In this document: piece after piece, positions 20,511 through 30,198 of the stretch
Numbering within the stretch: the stretch's first letter is position 1
How the letters are laid out: the number at the start of each line of letters is the position of its first letter
Origin: an uncultured virus (IMG/VR IMGVR_UViG_3300035183_001042)
Lineage: Duplodnaviria; Heunggongvirae; Uroviricota; Caudoviricetes
IMG/VR virus record: IMGVR_UViG_3300035183_001042
Length of the DNA stretch: 64,000 nucleotides
Direction: 5' to 3' (one strand)
Made by a program: the position numbers and the translations under genes
The notes under the pieces: generated by a model
What the model was told of the DNA's origin: nothing
Databases searched by the model: none
The model's input: the letters and a program-made list of their open reading frames with translations, nothing else

Positions 20511-21875
20511 ATGGAGAGTCGGCTCATTCACAAGAGCGCATTCCTCGGAGCTGATCGCGTTGTCTATCTGGATGCCGCTGCGACATCGTTGATGCCGAAG
20601 GTGGTGCTCGCGGCGCAGCGAGACTACTTTTCTCTGTCGTGCGCGAACCCTCACTCAGAGACGCATCTTGGCAGTCGTTCTACGACCCATGCCATCGAGG
20701 ATGCTCGAGCGACGATCGCGAAGCTCTTCGGCGCAGGAGATGATTACGCGACGATCTTCTTGGGGTCAGGATCAACATCTGCCCTCAACCGCGCGGCACT
20801 CGTTGTCTCATCGGTGGCTGGCGATCGTAGGAGGGTCGTTGTTTCGGCGCTAGAGCACCATTCCAACCTGCTTCCGTGGTTGGACAGGAGCGGGCTTGAG
20901 GTGGTGTTGGTATCTCCTCAAGCAGACGGGTCGCATGACTACGAAGCGATCGAATACGCGCTGAGCCAAGCGCCGACGGCGGCTCTTGCCGTAAGCGCGG
21001 CCTCGAACGTGACTGGTGCCGTGGCGGATCTTCCTCGTCTCGGGATGATGGCGAAGCGACACGGATCATTGATCGTGGTCGATGCCGCACAGGCTGCCCC
21101 TCACATCGCGATTGATGTTTCGGCGTCATACGTAGATTTTTTGGCTGTCTCGGGGCACAAGCTCTTCGTGCCGGGTTCTCCTGGTGTTCTGATCGCGCGT
21201 CGCAATCTGTTCTCGAGCTCGCTCTTTGGCGATGTTGGGGGCGGGACGGTTGACCGGGTCTTCTCAGACGGTCGAGTGGACTACGCGTCTTGTGTTGAGG
21301 CTCGCGAAGAGGCTGGTACGCCGAACGTGCCTGGGATCATTGGTCTGGGAGTGATCGCGAAGATCCTGCTGATAGAGGGGATGGCCCCTATTCGCAGGCA
21401 CGACGTTGAACTCGCGTCTAGGCTGCTATCAGGATTGCGTTCGCGCGACTGGATCTCGGTCTACGGAGCGGATGATCCAGGAGGCATCTTTCGCGTTGGC
21501 ACCGTGGCATTCAACCTGGTCGATGTGCCGCACGGACTTGTCGGTGCCGTCCTATCGGATCTGTTCAATATTTGGGTTCGAACGCATTGTTTCTGCGCCC
21601 ATCCATACGTGCAGATGCTGCTCGAGCGCTCCGCGCCAATCGCCACTGCGATGCTTCCAGATGGGATGGCCAAGCAAGGCATGGTTCGTGTGTCGTTTGG
21701 CCCATGGAACACGATCGAAGACGTGGATATTCTGCTTCGCTCGCTCGATGAGATCCAAGCCAAGGGCATCTCCGGGCTTGGATACAGGCCGCATCTAGAC
21801 GGATCTTGGACTCCGATCGAGCGACGTATTGAGAGATGTTTTTCTCTCGATGAGCTTTCAGATAAGCAGATCTGA
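20511..21875 (+). CDS. class V PLP aminotransferase, SufS-like cysteine desulfurase
   Basis: YLDAAATS, EHHSN, VDAAQ, SGHK (PLP Lys), EAGTPN, RTHCFCAHPY. Confidence 0.9.
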   Translation: MESRLIHKSAFLGADRVVYLDAAATSLMPKVVLAAQRDYFSLSCANPHSETHLGSRSTTHAIEDARATIAKLFGAGDDYATIFLGSGSTSALNRAALVVSSVAGDRRRVVVSALEHHSNLLPWLDRSGLEVVLVSPQADGSHDYEAIEYALSQAPTAALAVSAASNVTGAVADLPRLGMMAKRHGSLIVVDAAQAAPHIAIDVSASYVDFLAVSGHKLFVPGSPGVLIARRNLFSSSLFGDVGGGTVDRVFSDGRVDYASCVEAREEAGTPNVPGIIGLGVIAKILLIEGMAPIRRHDVELASRLLSGLRSRDWISVYGADDPGGIFRVGTVAFNLVDVPHGLVGAVLSDLFNIWVRTHCFCAHPYVQMLLERSAPIATAMLPDGMAKQGMVRVSFGPWNTIEDVDILLRSLDEIQAKGISGLGYRPHLDGSWTPIERRIERCFSLDELSDKQI

Positions 21876-21889
21876 GCCGATCGTCTCAA

Positions 21890-22795
21890 TCACCACTCGC
21901 GCGCTTTCTTGATGGTGTCTCTCGCTATGTTGATCTTGGCCATCTTCTCTGTGCCTGAGTTACCTGCGACGTCTGGGTGGTACTTCTTCACTTTGATCCT
22001 GAAGCTCACTTCGAGATCTTCCTTAGAGTATGGCCATCGAAGATCGAGCAGGTCCTCAGCCTCCTTCAGCGGATCCACTGGCTTTGGAGGCTCCTGCGCG
22101 GCTCCTGATGCTTCTGGACGACCCTTTGGCTTCCACGCAGCCTGCTGGAATGCCTCGCGAAGGCGTTTGGCGCCGATGTCCGTCGCCGCGTCGAACGCCT
22201 CTTCCACAAGTACTGCTGCGGCTGATCCGACGCTGTCTTTGACCTTCCTGCGGAGTCGCTTCTTGGCCCCCTTGGCGAGCTCTCGCAGGTGGCGGTTTTC
22301 TTCCTGCAACACATCAAGGAAAAAGCTCCTGACGCCGTCGATGCTGAGTGGCATCCTCCTCCTCTTGGCTGCCATCAGTTCTTGGAGTTCGTCGGAGCGG
22401 TTGGAGTCGACGACCACACGAGAGAGGTCGATTACGCTCTTCGGAGCGACCCATGCCCAGTGACTGCCAGACCAATACCCGCTCAGCAGCCTCATGTTCT
22501 CCGCGGCTGCCTCAGCCTGGCTCTCGTACTCGTCGCATTCGTCCAGCCTTGAGCACCTCTCGCAGAGGTCGATCGAGTACTGGTGGTGACCCTGATCAAG
22601 TTCCTCGAGAACTTCGTCTGGATAGGTCGTCGCGAGGACGTTTCCGTATCTCTCGATCGTGCCTGGACGAGCTCGATCCTCGATCAGACAAGAGAGCGAT
22701 GGCCAGCGCATCGCAGAGGAAAAGATGCAGGCCCCTCGCTGTGGCGATCGACCGGCAGGATCAAGAATGACGACTCGTCGGACGTGCAAAAGCAT
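21890..22795 (-). CDS. J-domain (DnaJ-like) protein with C-terminal J domain
   Basis: FRIKVKKYHPDVAG...MAKINIARD. Confidence 0.8.
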   Translation of the reverse strand: MLLHVRRVVILDPAGRSPQRGACIFSSAMRWPSLSCLIEDRARPGTIERYGNVLATTYPDEVLEELDQGHHQYSIDLCERCSRLDECDEYESQAEAAAENMRLLSGYWSGSHWAWVAPKSVIDLSRVVVDSNRSDELQELMAAKRRRMPLSIDGVRSFFLDVLQEENRHLRELAKGAKKRLRRKVKDSVGSAAAVLVEEAFDAATDIGAKRLREAFQQAAWKPKGRPEASGAAQEPPKPVDPLKEAEDLLDLRWPYSKEDLEVSFRIKVKKYHPDVAGNSGTEKMAKINIARDTIKKAREW

Positions 22796-22838
22796 GCCGG
22801 CAGGCTATGCGCGAGTCCTTTTTCGGTCCAAAAAGTCG

Positions 22839-23072
22839 TCAGGACTTGGACGCAGCCCACGCTACTGCGCCGATCAAGGCAACGATGCCGACCGCGAGCA
22901 CGACCTTCGTCACTGGCTTCTTGCTCAGGCTCTCTGCTTTGCTTGCCGCGGACTGGACCCTCGAAACGCTGCTGTCGACTTGAGAGATGGCCGACTCGCC
23001 TTTCTCAAGGAGGTCAAAGAGTGATCCGGATGGCTCTGGGATACTTCGTCGCATAGCCATCTTAGAATACAC
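22839..23072 (-). CDS. small protein with C-terminal membrane anchor
   Basis: Ends VVLAVGIVALIGAVAWAASKS. Confidence 0.6.
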   Translation of the reverse strand: MYSKMAMRRSIPEPSGSLFDLLEKGESAISQVDSSVSRVQSAASKAESLSKKPVTKVVLAVGIVALIGAVAWAASKS

Positions 23073-23477
23073 TCAAATCAGCCGGAGCGTTGGCTTTCCA
23101 AGCCTGTTCTTCAGCTGTTTCGTTAACTCAGCGAGAGCATCGACGAGCCTCATCATTGATCGGTGTGACTCTTCTGAGCTCTTGGATATCTGCAGCTCGT
23201 ACTGAAACTGCTTCTATGTGTCCGCAACGGCTCTGGCCGCATTCACGATGCTCTCTCCAAAGACGGTGAGCTCACAGTGTCTCCTTGTCTCCAGTGACCT
23301 CGCGCTGATCCCCTTTTCTTTAGCTCCTTTGATGACACCATCTGCCCAGTCGGTCCAGCTCTCATCTTGCTCGAGACGCGTCGGTCGCAGGAGGATCTTT
23401 GCGCGATTTCCATCCACGCTCGCCGCGGTGATGACTGCGTTGTCGAGGATCGAAGAGTTCATGCCCCAACCAGCCAA
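23073..23477 (-). CDS. hypothetical protein with an internal in-frame TAG
   Basis: ORF 23214-23477 continues past TAG (23214-23216) for 46 sense codons to ...KPTLRLI-TGA, filling the gap to the next gene. Confidence 0.5.
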
Positions 23478-24337
23478 TACTGCATGGCATACGCAGCCTG
23501 GATGGATGCCCCGTCGTGGAGCATGTCGTATTTGTGGATTAGATTATCCTTTGACAGAGAGACCGTCTTCACGGCACCGGACATGCAAACCAAGTCAACG
23601 ATCGTCTCTTCCCTTACCGATTGGACGATGTAGACATGATTCCGCTGCATTGATGATGACTTCTCTGTCTTGCGGACCCACACACTGCCAAGCAGCTCTT
23701 GGATTGTCGGTGCGCGACTCTTTGCGATTCGGCTCTGCAGCAACGATAGCTCCTTGTCGCCAAGGTATCGACGCAATGCCTTCATCCCGTTCGACTCGAT
23801 CTGTCTCACTCGCTCACGAGTAAGGCCAAGATGATTGCCGATCGCCTCGAGCGTGTGTGGTTCTTCGAAGAGACGATTCGCACACGTCTGCTCCATGTCT
23901 TCGAAGAGGATGTCGATGACAGGATCATCTGCACCGTTCGGAGGGATCAAGTGAGGAGCACAGACAACGAGACTTGATCCTCGCACTTCGAGCGCAAGAT
24001 GAGCCTTGCACGAGACGAATGGGCAAGGTTTACCCTCTTCTCCGAGCCCGATCTTTTGGCACGTCGAGTATCTCTTTGGCTTCACGCCTCTCTGGAGCGC
24101 TTCCTCGTAGTCCGCCGGCTCATCGTCCACGAGTACTGGTAGCTGTCGCATCGGATACAAAGCCTCCCCCTGACGAAGCCGCTTCTTGCACTCGCGAAAC
24201 GCGTTGTGCGTGGACTTTTTTTGCTTGGCTACCTTCACTTCGTCCTGCTTGTATGGGACGATTTCCATCGACACGACAGACTCCTGAAGGACTTCCTCAT
24301 GTGTTCTTGCCGCGACGTCGTTGCTCCTCTGGCTCAT
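23459..24337 (-). CDS. sigma-70 region-4 HTH protein with Cys-rich domain
   Basis: TLEAIGNHLGLTRERVRQIE; CPFVSCKAHL; AGGAGG RBS. Confidence 0.8.
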   Translation of the reverse strand: MSQRSNDVAARTHEEVLQESVVSMEIVPYKQDEVKVAKQKKSTHNAFRECKKRLRQGEALYPMRQLPVLVDDEPADYEEALQRGVKPKRYSTCQKIGLGEEGKPCPFVSCKAHLALEVRGSSLVVCAPHLIPPNGADDPVIDILFEDMEQTCANRLFEEPHTLEAIGNHLGLTRERVRQIESNGMKALRRYLGDKELSLLQSRIAKSRAPTIQELLGSVWVRKTEKSSSMQRNHVYIVQSVREETIVDLVCMSGAVKTVSLSKDNLIHKYDMLHDGASIQAAYAMQYWLVGA

Positions 24338-24376
24338 TATCCTCCTCGGTGTGGACCGAGTCTGATCTGACGCAGG

Positions 24377-24838
24377 CTAACGGTCAACAGGAACCTGCTG
24401 CAAAACGTTCTCACCGAGAGTTCTCAGGTACTTCTTGTAGACCTTCTTCGATACCATCCTCTCTTCATCAGCCAAGGACACGTACTCATTCATTTTTTTC
24501 ATCTCTTCTTTCGTCAGCCACTCGGCAACTGGGATGCCCAAGCTTTGAAGAAGTGTCTCCCTTTGGGCAAGCTTTGGCCTTGCCTTTCCGCAGCGCCACT
24601 TGTGGACCGCGTGTCGCCCAACGTGGCCAACCATGCTTGCGATCTCCTCCAGAGAGAATGCCGCTGCTCTCAGCTTTTTCACCGCCGGAAGGTCGATGTA
24701 CTTGCCTGTCTTAGCCTTCAAGACCGCTCTTCGCCTTGATAGTTGCACCATCGGCTTTTTCTTCACGTTCTTCTGATCACCGTCGCTGTTGAACTTCTTG
24801 TTGACTTTTCTGTTGACCGAAGCTTCCTTGCCTGTCAT
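24377..24838 (-). CDS. XRE-like helix-turn-helix regulator
   Basis: SLEEIASMVGHVGRHAVHKWRCGKARP...LGIPVAEW. Confidence 0.65.
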   Translation of the reverse strand: MTGKEASVNRKVNKKFNSDGDQKNVKKKPMVQLSRRRAVLKAKTGKYIDLPAVKKLRAAAFSLEEIASMVGHVGRHAVHKWRCGKARPKLAQRETLLQSLGIPVAEWLTKEEMKKMNEYVSLADEERMVSKKVYKKYLRTLGENVLQQVPVDR

Positions 24839-24896
24839 AGCTCATCTTGGTCTCAAGAGGATCAGTATCGTCAATACATTGAGGCCGGAGCGGCAG

Positions 24897-26648
24897 ATGG
24901 AAGACTCAAAAGACAACAGTCAGGCTATCCGCGTCCTGATGGAACGCGGCGACTTGTCCTCTCTATCCATCAAGGAGCGAGAGGCGCTCTACCATAGCGT
25001 CTGCAACAGGCTTGGGCTCGACCCGCTCTTCGCGCCGCTGAGCTACTTGCGCTTGCAGGGCAAGCTCGTGCTGTATCTCACGAGGACAGCGACCGATCAG
25101 CTTGCCAGGATCCATGGCTTGAGCAGAGAGATCATCGACGGGCCGAGGGTGATCACTGTGGAAGGCACGAAGATGCTCTACGCGGTCTGCAGGGTGCGGC
25201 AGGGAACAAGGGAGGAGTCTGCGGTCGCGACGCTTCCCGTCCAGGATCCTATCAACGGAATGATGAAGCTGGAGACAAAAGCGAAGCGTCGCGCAACGCT
25301 CGCGATTCTCGGGCTGGCTGCGCTTGATGACGAGCGAGACGATTGCGAGTCAGGCGACGAGGATGTTCCTTCGGCGCTTCCAAAGTCGCCGCCCAAGTCG
25401 CATCCAAAGTCGCCGCCCAAGTCGCATCCCAAGTCGTCGCCCAAGAAGGTGCCGAGCTCGATCGCTTCGATCCCAGACGAGTTGCAGGACTATGCCGATC
25501 AGGTTGGCGATATCCAGAGTTCGGATCAAGCCGCTGCCGTTTGGCTTCGCTATCGCGATCAGATCGCGAAGCTATCAGACGATCGGAAGAATCAGGCTTG
25601 GGAGATGATCTGTGCGAGGCTGACATATCTCGGAGTGTCAGGCAACGTTGGCCGATGGCTCACGGCTGCGATCGCGAAGGCTTCTGCGGAGTATGCGTCG
25701 CGAGAAACTTCGGCCGATGCGAAGGCTCAGCCTACTGTCGGCGACGCTGTTGCCGTTCTGGGTCAAAGCCTTCTCGACGAACTCGACGAGCTCTCTTCGA
25801 ACTTGATGAACTCGTCAGCTTCTCGAGAAGAGATCGGAGCGCGCTTGGCGCGTTTCTGGTTCGATCGGCGAGGATCTTCTGAGGAGAAAGACGAGGCGCT
25901 GTTCTCGTCTCTCCAAGAGATCGCGAAGAATCGGGCTTGCCGAACGGAGTTCGATCGGTTCGTCACTGCTGGGGACAATATCGAGCAGGTGTCTCCTTCC
26001 AACACGGCGCTGCCTCCTCAGGTCGATGTCGAGCAGCCGGCCACGCAGGTCGCATGTGGTCTTTCGCCGGTTGGCGCGGACATCCATGCTCCTGCGTCGA
26101 CTCCTCCGACAGATAAGTCGTCTTCTTCTTTGAAAGACACGAAGAAATACGCCGATCCTCGGCTCCAGGCGCTTCGTTCAGACCTGAACAAGGCAGTGGT
26201 TGTTCAGCGATCGATCTCTGCCGCGTGTGCGACATGGCTTTATCATGCGAAGCTGATCCCTGTTACGCTGAAGCCAGAAGGATACGGGATCCTTGAGCGC
26301 GCACTGAAGATGATCGAGCCGTCTCTCACCACCGATTCGATCGCCTCGCTCCTCACCGATGAGCGATCCAACGCCGTCGAGAAGGCAAAGCTTCGCGACT
26401 TCTGCGGCCCCGTCGACCTTTCGCTTTGGATTGACTATCTTGAGACGAAGGATCTTGACGGTGCGGTGGCTGGAAGCTTCTGGAAGCGCAAGAACAAGCT
26501 TTTGGAAGCTCACGGCAAGAAAGTGTTCCAAGATTTCAAGGTGGCGGCAATAGCTCGCATTTGCGTGCTGAACGGTTGCTCTGAAGTGGAGGCTGCAACA
26601 ATCCTCTCGGACGTGGTCAAGTCCAACGAAAAGCACCATCGGACGTGA
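24897..26648 (+). CDS. RecT/Bet-like single-strand annealing protein with long C-terminal extension
   Basis: CNRLGLDPL, ATDQLARIHGLS and MKLETKAKRRATL in the N-terminal 145 aa; GGAG RBS. Confidence 0.6.
   Translation: MEDSKDNSQAIRVLMERGDLSSLSIKEREALYHSVCNRLGLDPLFAPLSYLRLQGKLVLYLTRTATDQLARIHGLSREIIDGPRVITVEGTKMLYAVCRVRQGTREESAVATLPVQDPINGMMKLETKAKRRATLAILGLAALDDERDDCESGDEDVPSALPKSPPKSHPKSPPKSHPKSSPKKVPSSIASIPDELQDYADQVGDIQSSDQAAAVWLRYRDQIAKLSDDRKNQAWEMICARLTYLGVSGNVGRWLTAAIAKASAEYASRETSADAKAQPTVGDAVAVLGQSLLDELDELSSNLMNSSASREEIGARLARFWFDRRGSSEEKDEALFSSLQEIAKNRACRTEFDRFVTAGDNIEQVSPSNTALPPQVDVEQPATQVACGLSPVGADIHAPASTPPTDKSSSSLKDTKKYADPRLQALRSDLNKAVVVQRSISAACATWLYHAKLIPVTLKPEGYGILERALKMIEPSLTTDSIASLLTDERSNAVEKAKLRDFCGPVDLSLWIDYLETKDLDGAVAGSFWKRKNKLLEAHGKKVFQDFKVAAIARICVLNGCSEVEAATILSDVVKSNEKHHRT
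25380..25445 (+). repeat. coding 12/24-bp repeat (PKSP/PKSH linker)
   Basis: PKSPPKSHPKSPPKSHPKSSPKK. Confidence 0.85.
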
Positions 26649-26698
26649 GACCTTGGACCGGATTGGACGGAGTTCTTCCCCGGTCATAGCATGGCTGC

Positions 26699-27760
26699 AT
26701 GAGCCTGAACGCCGTCGAGTCTGGCGCTAAGTATGTCTGCGTGAGCTGTGGTCGGCGATCGTCTGTGTGGGAGAGTCCATGCCCTAGCTGCCACACGCCC
26801 ATGAGCATGCTCAAGAGCGTGGACCCAATGACAAAGGTCCGCAGCAACACGACGTTGCTCTCTGACTACGAACCCAACACGAAGAGCAGGATCTTCACTG
26901 GCTTTCGTCCATGGGACAAGCTGACTTCTGGCATGTACCCGGGTTCCGTGTATCTGCTCGGAGGCAACAAGGGGCTGGGCAAATCGACCATCTCTTTGAT
27001 GATCGCATCCTCTGTGAACGTCCGCTCATTGATCGTCTCTGCTGAGGAGACAATCGAGTCGATCGCGCAGCGAGGTCTCAGAACAGGTGCCTACGATATC
27101 GATCGCAAGGATCGGAAGGTGAGCCTGATGCAGACTTCTTGCACCGAGGACCTATTCCGCGCGGTAGACACGATCAGGCCAGGACTTTTGGTGGTTGACT
27201 CAATGAACAAGTTCCGCTCGGAGAGCCCGTATCTTGGTGGTGACTTCGGGTCTGGGACGCAAATGAAATACTTGGTCGAGGGAGTGATCTCGAGATCGCG
27301 CGACACGGATATGGTCTCTATCGTCATCGGTCAGATGCGATCTGATGGAAAGACGATCGCAGGACCCAACATGATCCAGCATGACGTCGACTGTGTTTTG
27401 GTCTTCATGCAGGATCCGAAAAATCCAGAGCTTCGTCGCTGCAAGTCAACGAAGAACCGCTGGGGTCCAAGCGGCTTTTGGGTGACGATGGCGATGACCG
27501 AGAATGGTCTTACAGATCCATCTGCAAACACTGACTCGATCGATCTTCTCGGCAAGGCGATGTCTGGATCCTTCGCCATCAAGTCTCGCTTCCAAGCAAC
27601 GAACGACGGCGAGCGAGAATACGGAGAGGACTCCGAAGAGGACTCCGAAGAGGACTCCGAAGAGGACTCCGAAGAGGACTCCGAAGAGGACTCCGAAGAG
27701 GACTCCGAAGAGGACTCCGAAGAGGAAGAGTTCGAAGAAGACGAGTTCGACGAAGGGTGA
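26699..27760 (+). CDS. radA: RadA/Sms-like ATPase lacking the Lon-like C-terminal domain
   Basis: C4 finger CVSC..CPSC, Walker A GGNKGLGKST, SAEE, LVVDS, IAGP, HDVD, KNRWG; acidic tail. Confidence 0.85.
   Translation: MSLNAVESGAKYVCVSCGRRSSVWESPCPSCHTPMSMLKSVDPMTKVRSNTTLLSDYEPNTKSRIFTGFRPWDKLTSGMYPGSVYLLGGNKGLGKSTISLMIASSVNVRSLIVSAEETIESIAQRGLRTGAYDIDRKDRKVSLMQTSCTEDLFRAVDTIRPGLLVVDSMNKFRSESPYLGGDFGSGTQMKYLVEGVISRSRDTDMVSIVIGQMRSDGKTIAGPNMIQHDVDCVLVFMQDPKNPELRRCKSTKNRWGPSGFWVTMAMTENGLTDPSANTDSIDLLGKAMSGSFAIKSRFQATNDGEREYGEDSEEDSEEDSEEDSEEDSEEDSEEDSEEDSEEEEFEEDEFDEG
27626..27721 (+). repeat. 12-bp tandem repeat x8 encoding (EDSE)n
   Basis: Unit GAGGACTCCGAA. Confidence 0.95.
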
Positions 27761-27869
27761 GATTGTCTCCGAGCTCTTGACAAGATCGCCAAGATCGAAT
27801 GGCATTGGTGGGGCATCAGGCAGTCGTAGACAGGATGTCGAAGACGCCTATCACAACGGAGATACAATC

Positions 27870-28127
27870 ATGGCCACCGCAAAGAAGGGCGCCAAGAGCG
27901 CCGCAAAGAAGGGCGCCAAGCGCGCCGCGAAGAAGGGCGCCAAGCGCGCCGCGAAGAAGGGCGCCAAGCGCGCCGCGAAGAAGGGCGCCAAGCGCGCCGC
28001 GAAGAAGGGCGTGACCGTGAAGGGCGTCAACGTGTCGGTCGTCAGCAAGAGCGCGAAGAAGCCGAAAAAGTCGTGCCGCTCGCTCGCCGTCAGCAAGACG
28101 CGCAAGGTCATGTTGTGCCCGAAGTGA
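27870..28127 (+). CDS. histone H1-like basic DNA-binding protein
   Basis: GGAGA RBS; MATAKKGAKSAAKKGAKRA... with a 24-bp repeat about 5 times. Confidence 0.8.
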   Translation: MATAKKGAKSAAKKGAKRAAKKGAKRAAKKGAKRAAKKGAKRAAKKGVTVKGVNVSVVSKSAKKPKKSCRSLAVSKTRKVMLCPK

Positions 28128-28170
28128 AGGGCACTGGACAGACTCGATGAGATCACGGAGGTTTCGGCGC

Positions 28171-28659
28171 ATGCCGGAACCCATCAAGCTGAGTCTTGAG
28201 TCGTCTTCTGGGGGGACTTTTTCTTTTCCAGACAACACTGGAAAGCCGACGGTCGTCGTGTACGAGTCACTATCGAACCAGTCGCTGAACGCTTGGTTTC
28301 GAGACGCGGCGCGAACGTGGGTCGAGTCGGACTCAGAGAAGGCTCAGTGCGTTCGGCTGATGGTCATCGTAGATGCGGCCGGTATCCCTTCTGCGATGCG
28401 AGACACAATGAAGGCCATGGTGCGCGGGATGATCGCTCCGATGGGGATCAAGGATGTCTTCTTCGACTGGGACAAGAGGTTCCGCGTTGCGATGGGCCTT
28501 CAGCCATCGAGTTCGGATCCCATCTACGCCATGCTCGACATCGAGAACCGTATGCTTTGGGGACGCTTCGGCCGTCTTGAGCGAACTCACTGGGACGAGC
28601 TTCTGTGGAAAATTGACGCAGAGCTTCGCGCTGACAAGAAGCTGGCCGGTCGGACTTGA
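28171..28659 (+). CDS. thioredoxin-fold (YtfJ-like) protein
   Basis: GKPTVVVYES and VFFDWDK...MGL pattern; GGAGG upstream. Confidence 0.55.
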   Translation: MPEPIKLSLESSSGGTFSFPDNTGKPTVVVYESLSNQSLNAWFRDAARTWVESDSEKAQCVRLMVIVDAAGIPSAMRDTMKAMVRGMIAPMGIKDVFFDWDKRFRVAMGLQPSSSDPIYAMLDIENRMLWGRFGRLERTHWDELLWKIDAELRADKKLAGRT

Positions 28660-28728
28660 CCGAAGGTCACATGGGCCCGCGGTCTCAGATGTGGCACCAG
28701 ACGGTTTTTGTCGTGCATACTACGCTGT

Positions 28729-30186
28729 ATGCCGATTAACCCAAACAGGCCTCCTCAGTCTGATCGCGTCCAGGCGATCCAGCGCAACTACTTCTCGGAC
28801 TTGCCAGATGCGAACGCATCGACCGCGTTCACGTTGGCTTGGGTTGAGTTCGATGAACCAGGCTATCCGAGGGGGCTGTACGTCAACCGAGTGACGAATC
28901 CTGCCGGAGGTCACCAATGGGATTATGCAGGAGGCGGAGCGGTTGTCGCGGAACTTCCGGACATGCGGTTCATCGTCGGCAAAAAGCCGTTGAACCTGCA
29001 GGCTCCCGGCTCGTCAACATACGAGACGATCGCCGACGCGCTTACTGCGGTCGGGGCCTATCAGGGCGCGAACCCTGGTGCTCGAGCGGTGATTCTTCTT
29101 CATCCGGACACTTATGCTGAGTCAGTGACTCTGCCTCCGAACGTATCGCTGTCTGGTATGAGTGCTGGTCCACTCAACGCTGAGATCAGTGGCATGGTCA
29201 CGATCAATGGGTCAGACGGATCTTACACAGCGGTCTCCAATCTTCGCTGCGTGTCCATGCAGCTCAACATTCTCGGCGACAAGCAGCGATGCGACCTTTC
29301 TGGCGTGGAGATCTCTTCCGGCTTCGCTGCGTATCAGAGCTCTGCAAAAGGCTTTGGCATGTTGGTGATGCTCAACTGCAACTGCGCCAATGTTTTGAAG
29401 GGATCCTTCTCCAATGCCCTCGTCGCTGCCTATGGTGGTTTCATCGGCGGATACGTTGCCGACGTCACATCCGGCTTTGCCTACTCGCGGATGATTGGCA
29501 CTCAGTTATCGTCTTCAAAACCCCTGAGTCCAATCAACCTGTCTGGCGGAGAGGGTCAGTTCTTGGACTGCATCTACGACAGCGTCGACGGATCGAGCCC
29601 GATCGCCATTCTCTCGAATGGCGCTCGAGCCTCGATGGTCGGTGGCACTCGAATCTCAGACTCTCATCCGTACGTCGTGACGAGCCCCGACGGGACGGGA
29701 GAGCTATACTGGAGTCGAGTCTCTGGCCAGTCTGGTAAAGTGACGATCGACTCGCACTTTGATCCTAACCTCTCGATCAAGTCTCCGATGGTCACCTGCG
29801 ACGGATACGCAGGGTTATCGGTCAGCTTGTTCATCAACGGAGTATCGCCTGCGTTTGCGGTCGTTCCGAATGCGTGCGAGACCTTCGAGGTCGACGTGAC
29901 GTACGTGATCCCGCCGAGCGACGTTCTGTCAAACAATGCCTATGCTCTGGTCCAGCTTCCTTCTTCGAAGGGACTGCTCAACAGGAAGCGGATGAAGGTC
30001 ATCAACACGAAGCCTTTGAAGAACCCAGGCAGCGGGCCGATCGCGATTCTGCCTGCTCCAGGCGAGATGATCGGCAGCCTCACTGGTACGAGTCCGAACA
30101 TCACCAGCTTGGACTACTTGATTATTGCTGGAGGAGACTTCGTCGAGCTCTCTTCAACTGCTTCCGGCTGGAACATCTGCGGCTGA
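28729..30186 (+). CDS. putative structural or spike protein with beta-helix (pectin-lyase-like) region
   Basis: YETIADALTAV...VILLHPDTYAESVTL beta-helix cap; Gly/Ser-rich beta composition. Confidence 0.6.
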   Translation: MPINPNRPPQSDRVQAIQRNYFSDLPDANASTAFTLAWVEFDEPGYPRGLYVNRVTNPAGGHQWDYAGGGAVVAELPDMRFIVGKKPLNLQAPGSSTYETIADALTAVGAYQGANPGARAVILLHPDTYAESVTLPPNVSLSGMSAGPLNAEISGMVTINGSDGSYTAVSNLRCVSMQLNILGDKQRCDLSGVEISSGFAAYQSSAKGFGMLVMLNCNCANVLKGSFSNALVAAYGGFIGGYVADVTSGFAYSRMIGTQLSSSKPLSPINLSGGEGQFLDCIYDSVDGSSPIAILSNGARASMVGGTRISDSHPYVVTSPDGTGELYWSRVSGQSGKVTIDSHFDPNLSIKSPMVTCDGYAGLSVSLFINGVSPAFAVVPNACETFEVDVTYVIPPSDVLSNNAYALVQLPSSKGLLNRKRMKVINTKPLKNPGSGPIAILPAPGEMIGSLTGTSPNITSLDYLIIAGGDFVELSSTASGWNICG

Positions 30187-30198
30187 TCAGGAGTCATC

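Noticed and set aside
20511..21875. Dnd/Ssp phosphorothioation system
   Set aside because: Only a desulfurase-like gene is present; no DndC/D/E or Ssp partners recognised
27504..27869. N-terminal (RTPK)n extension of the histone-like ORF
   Set aside because: Alternative frame of the RadA EDSE repeat; the RBS supports a start at 27870
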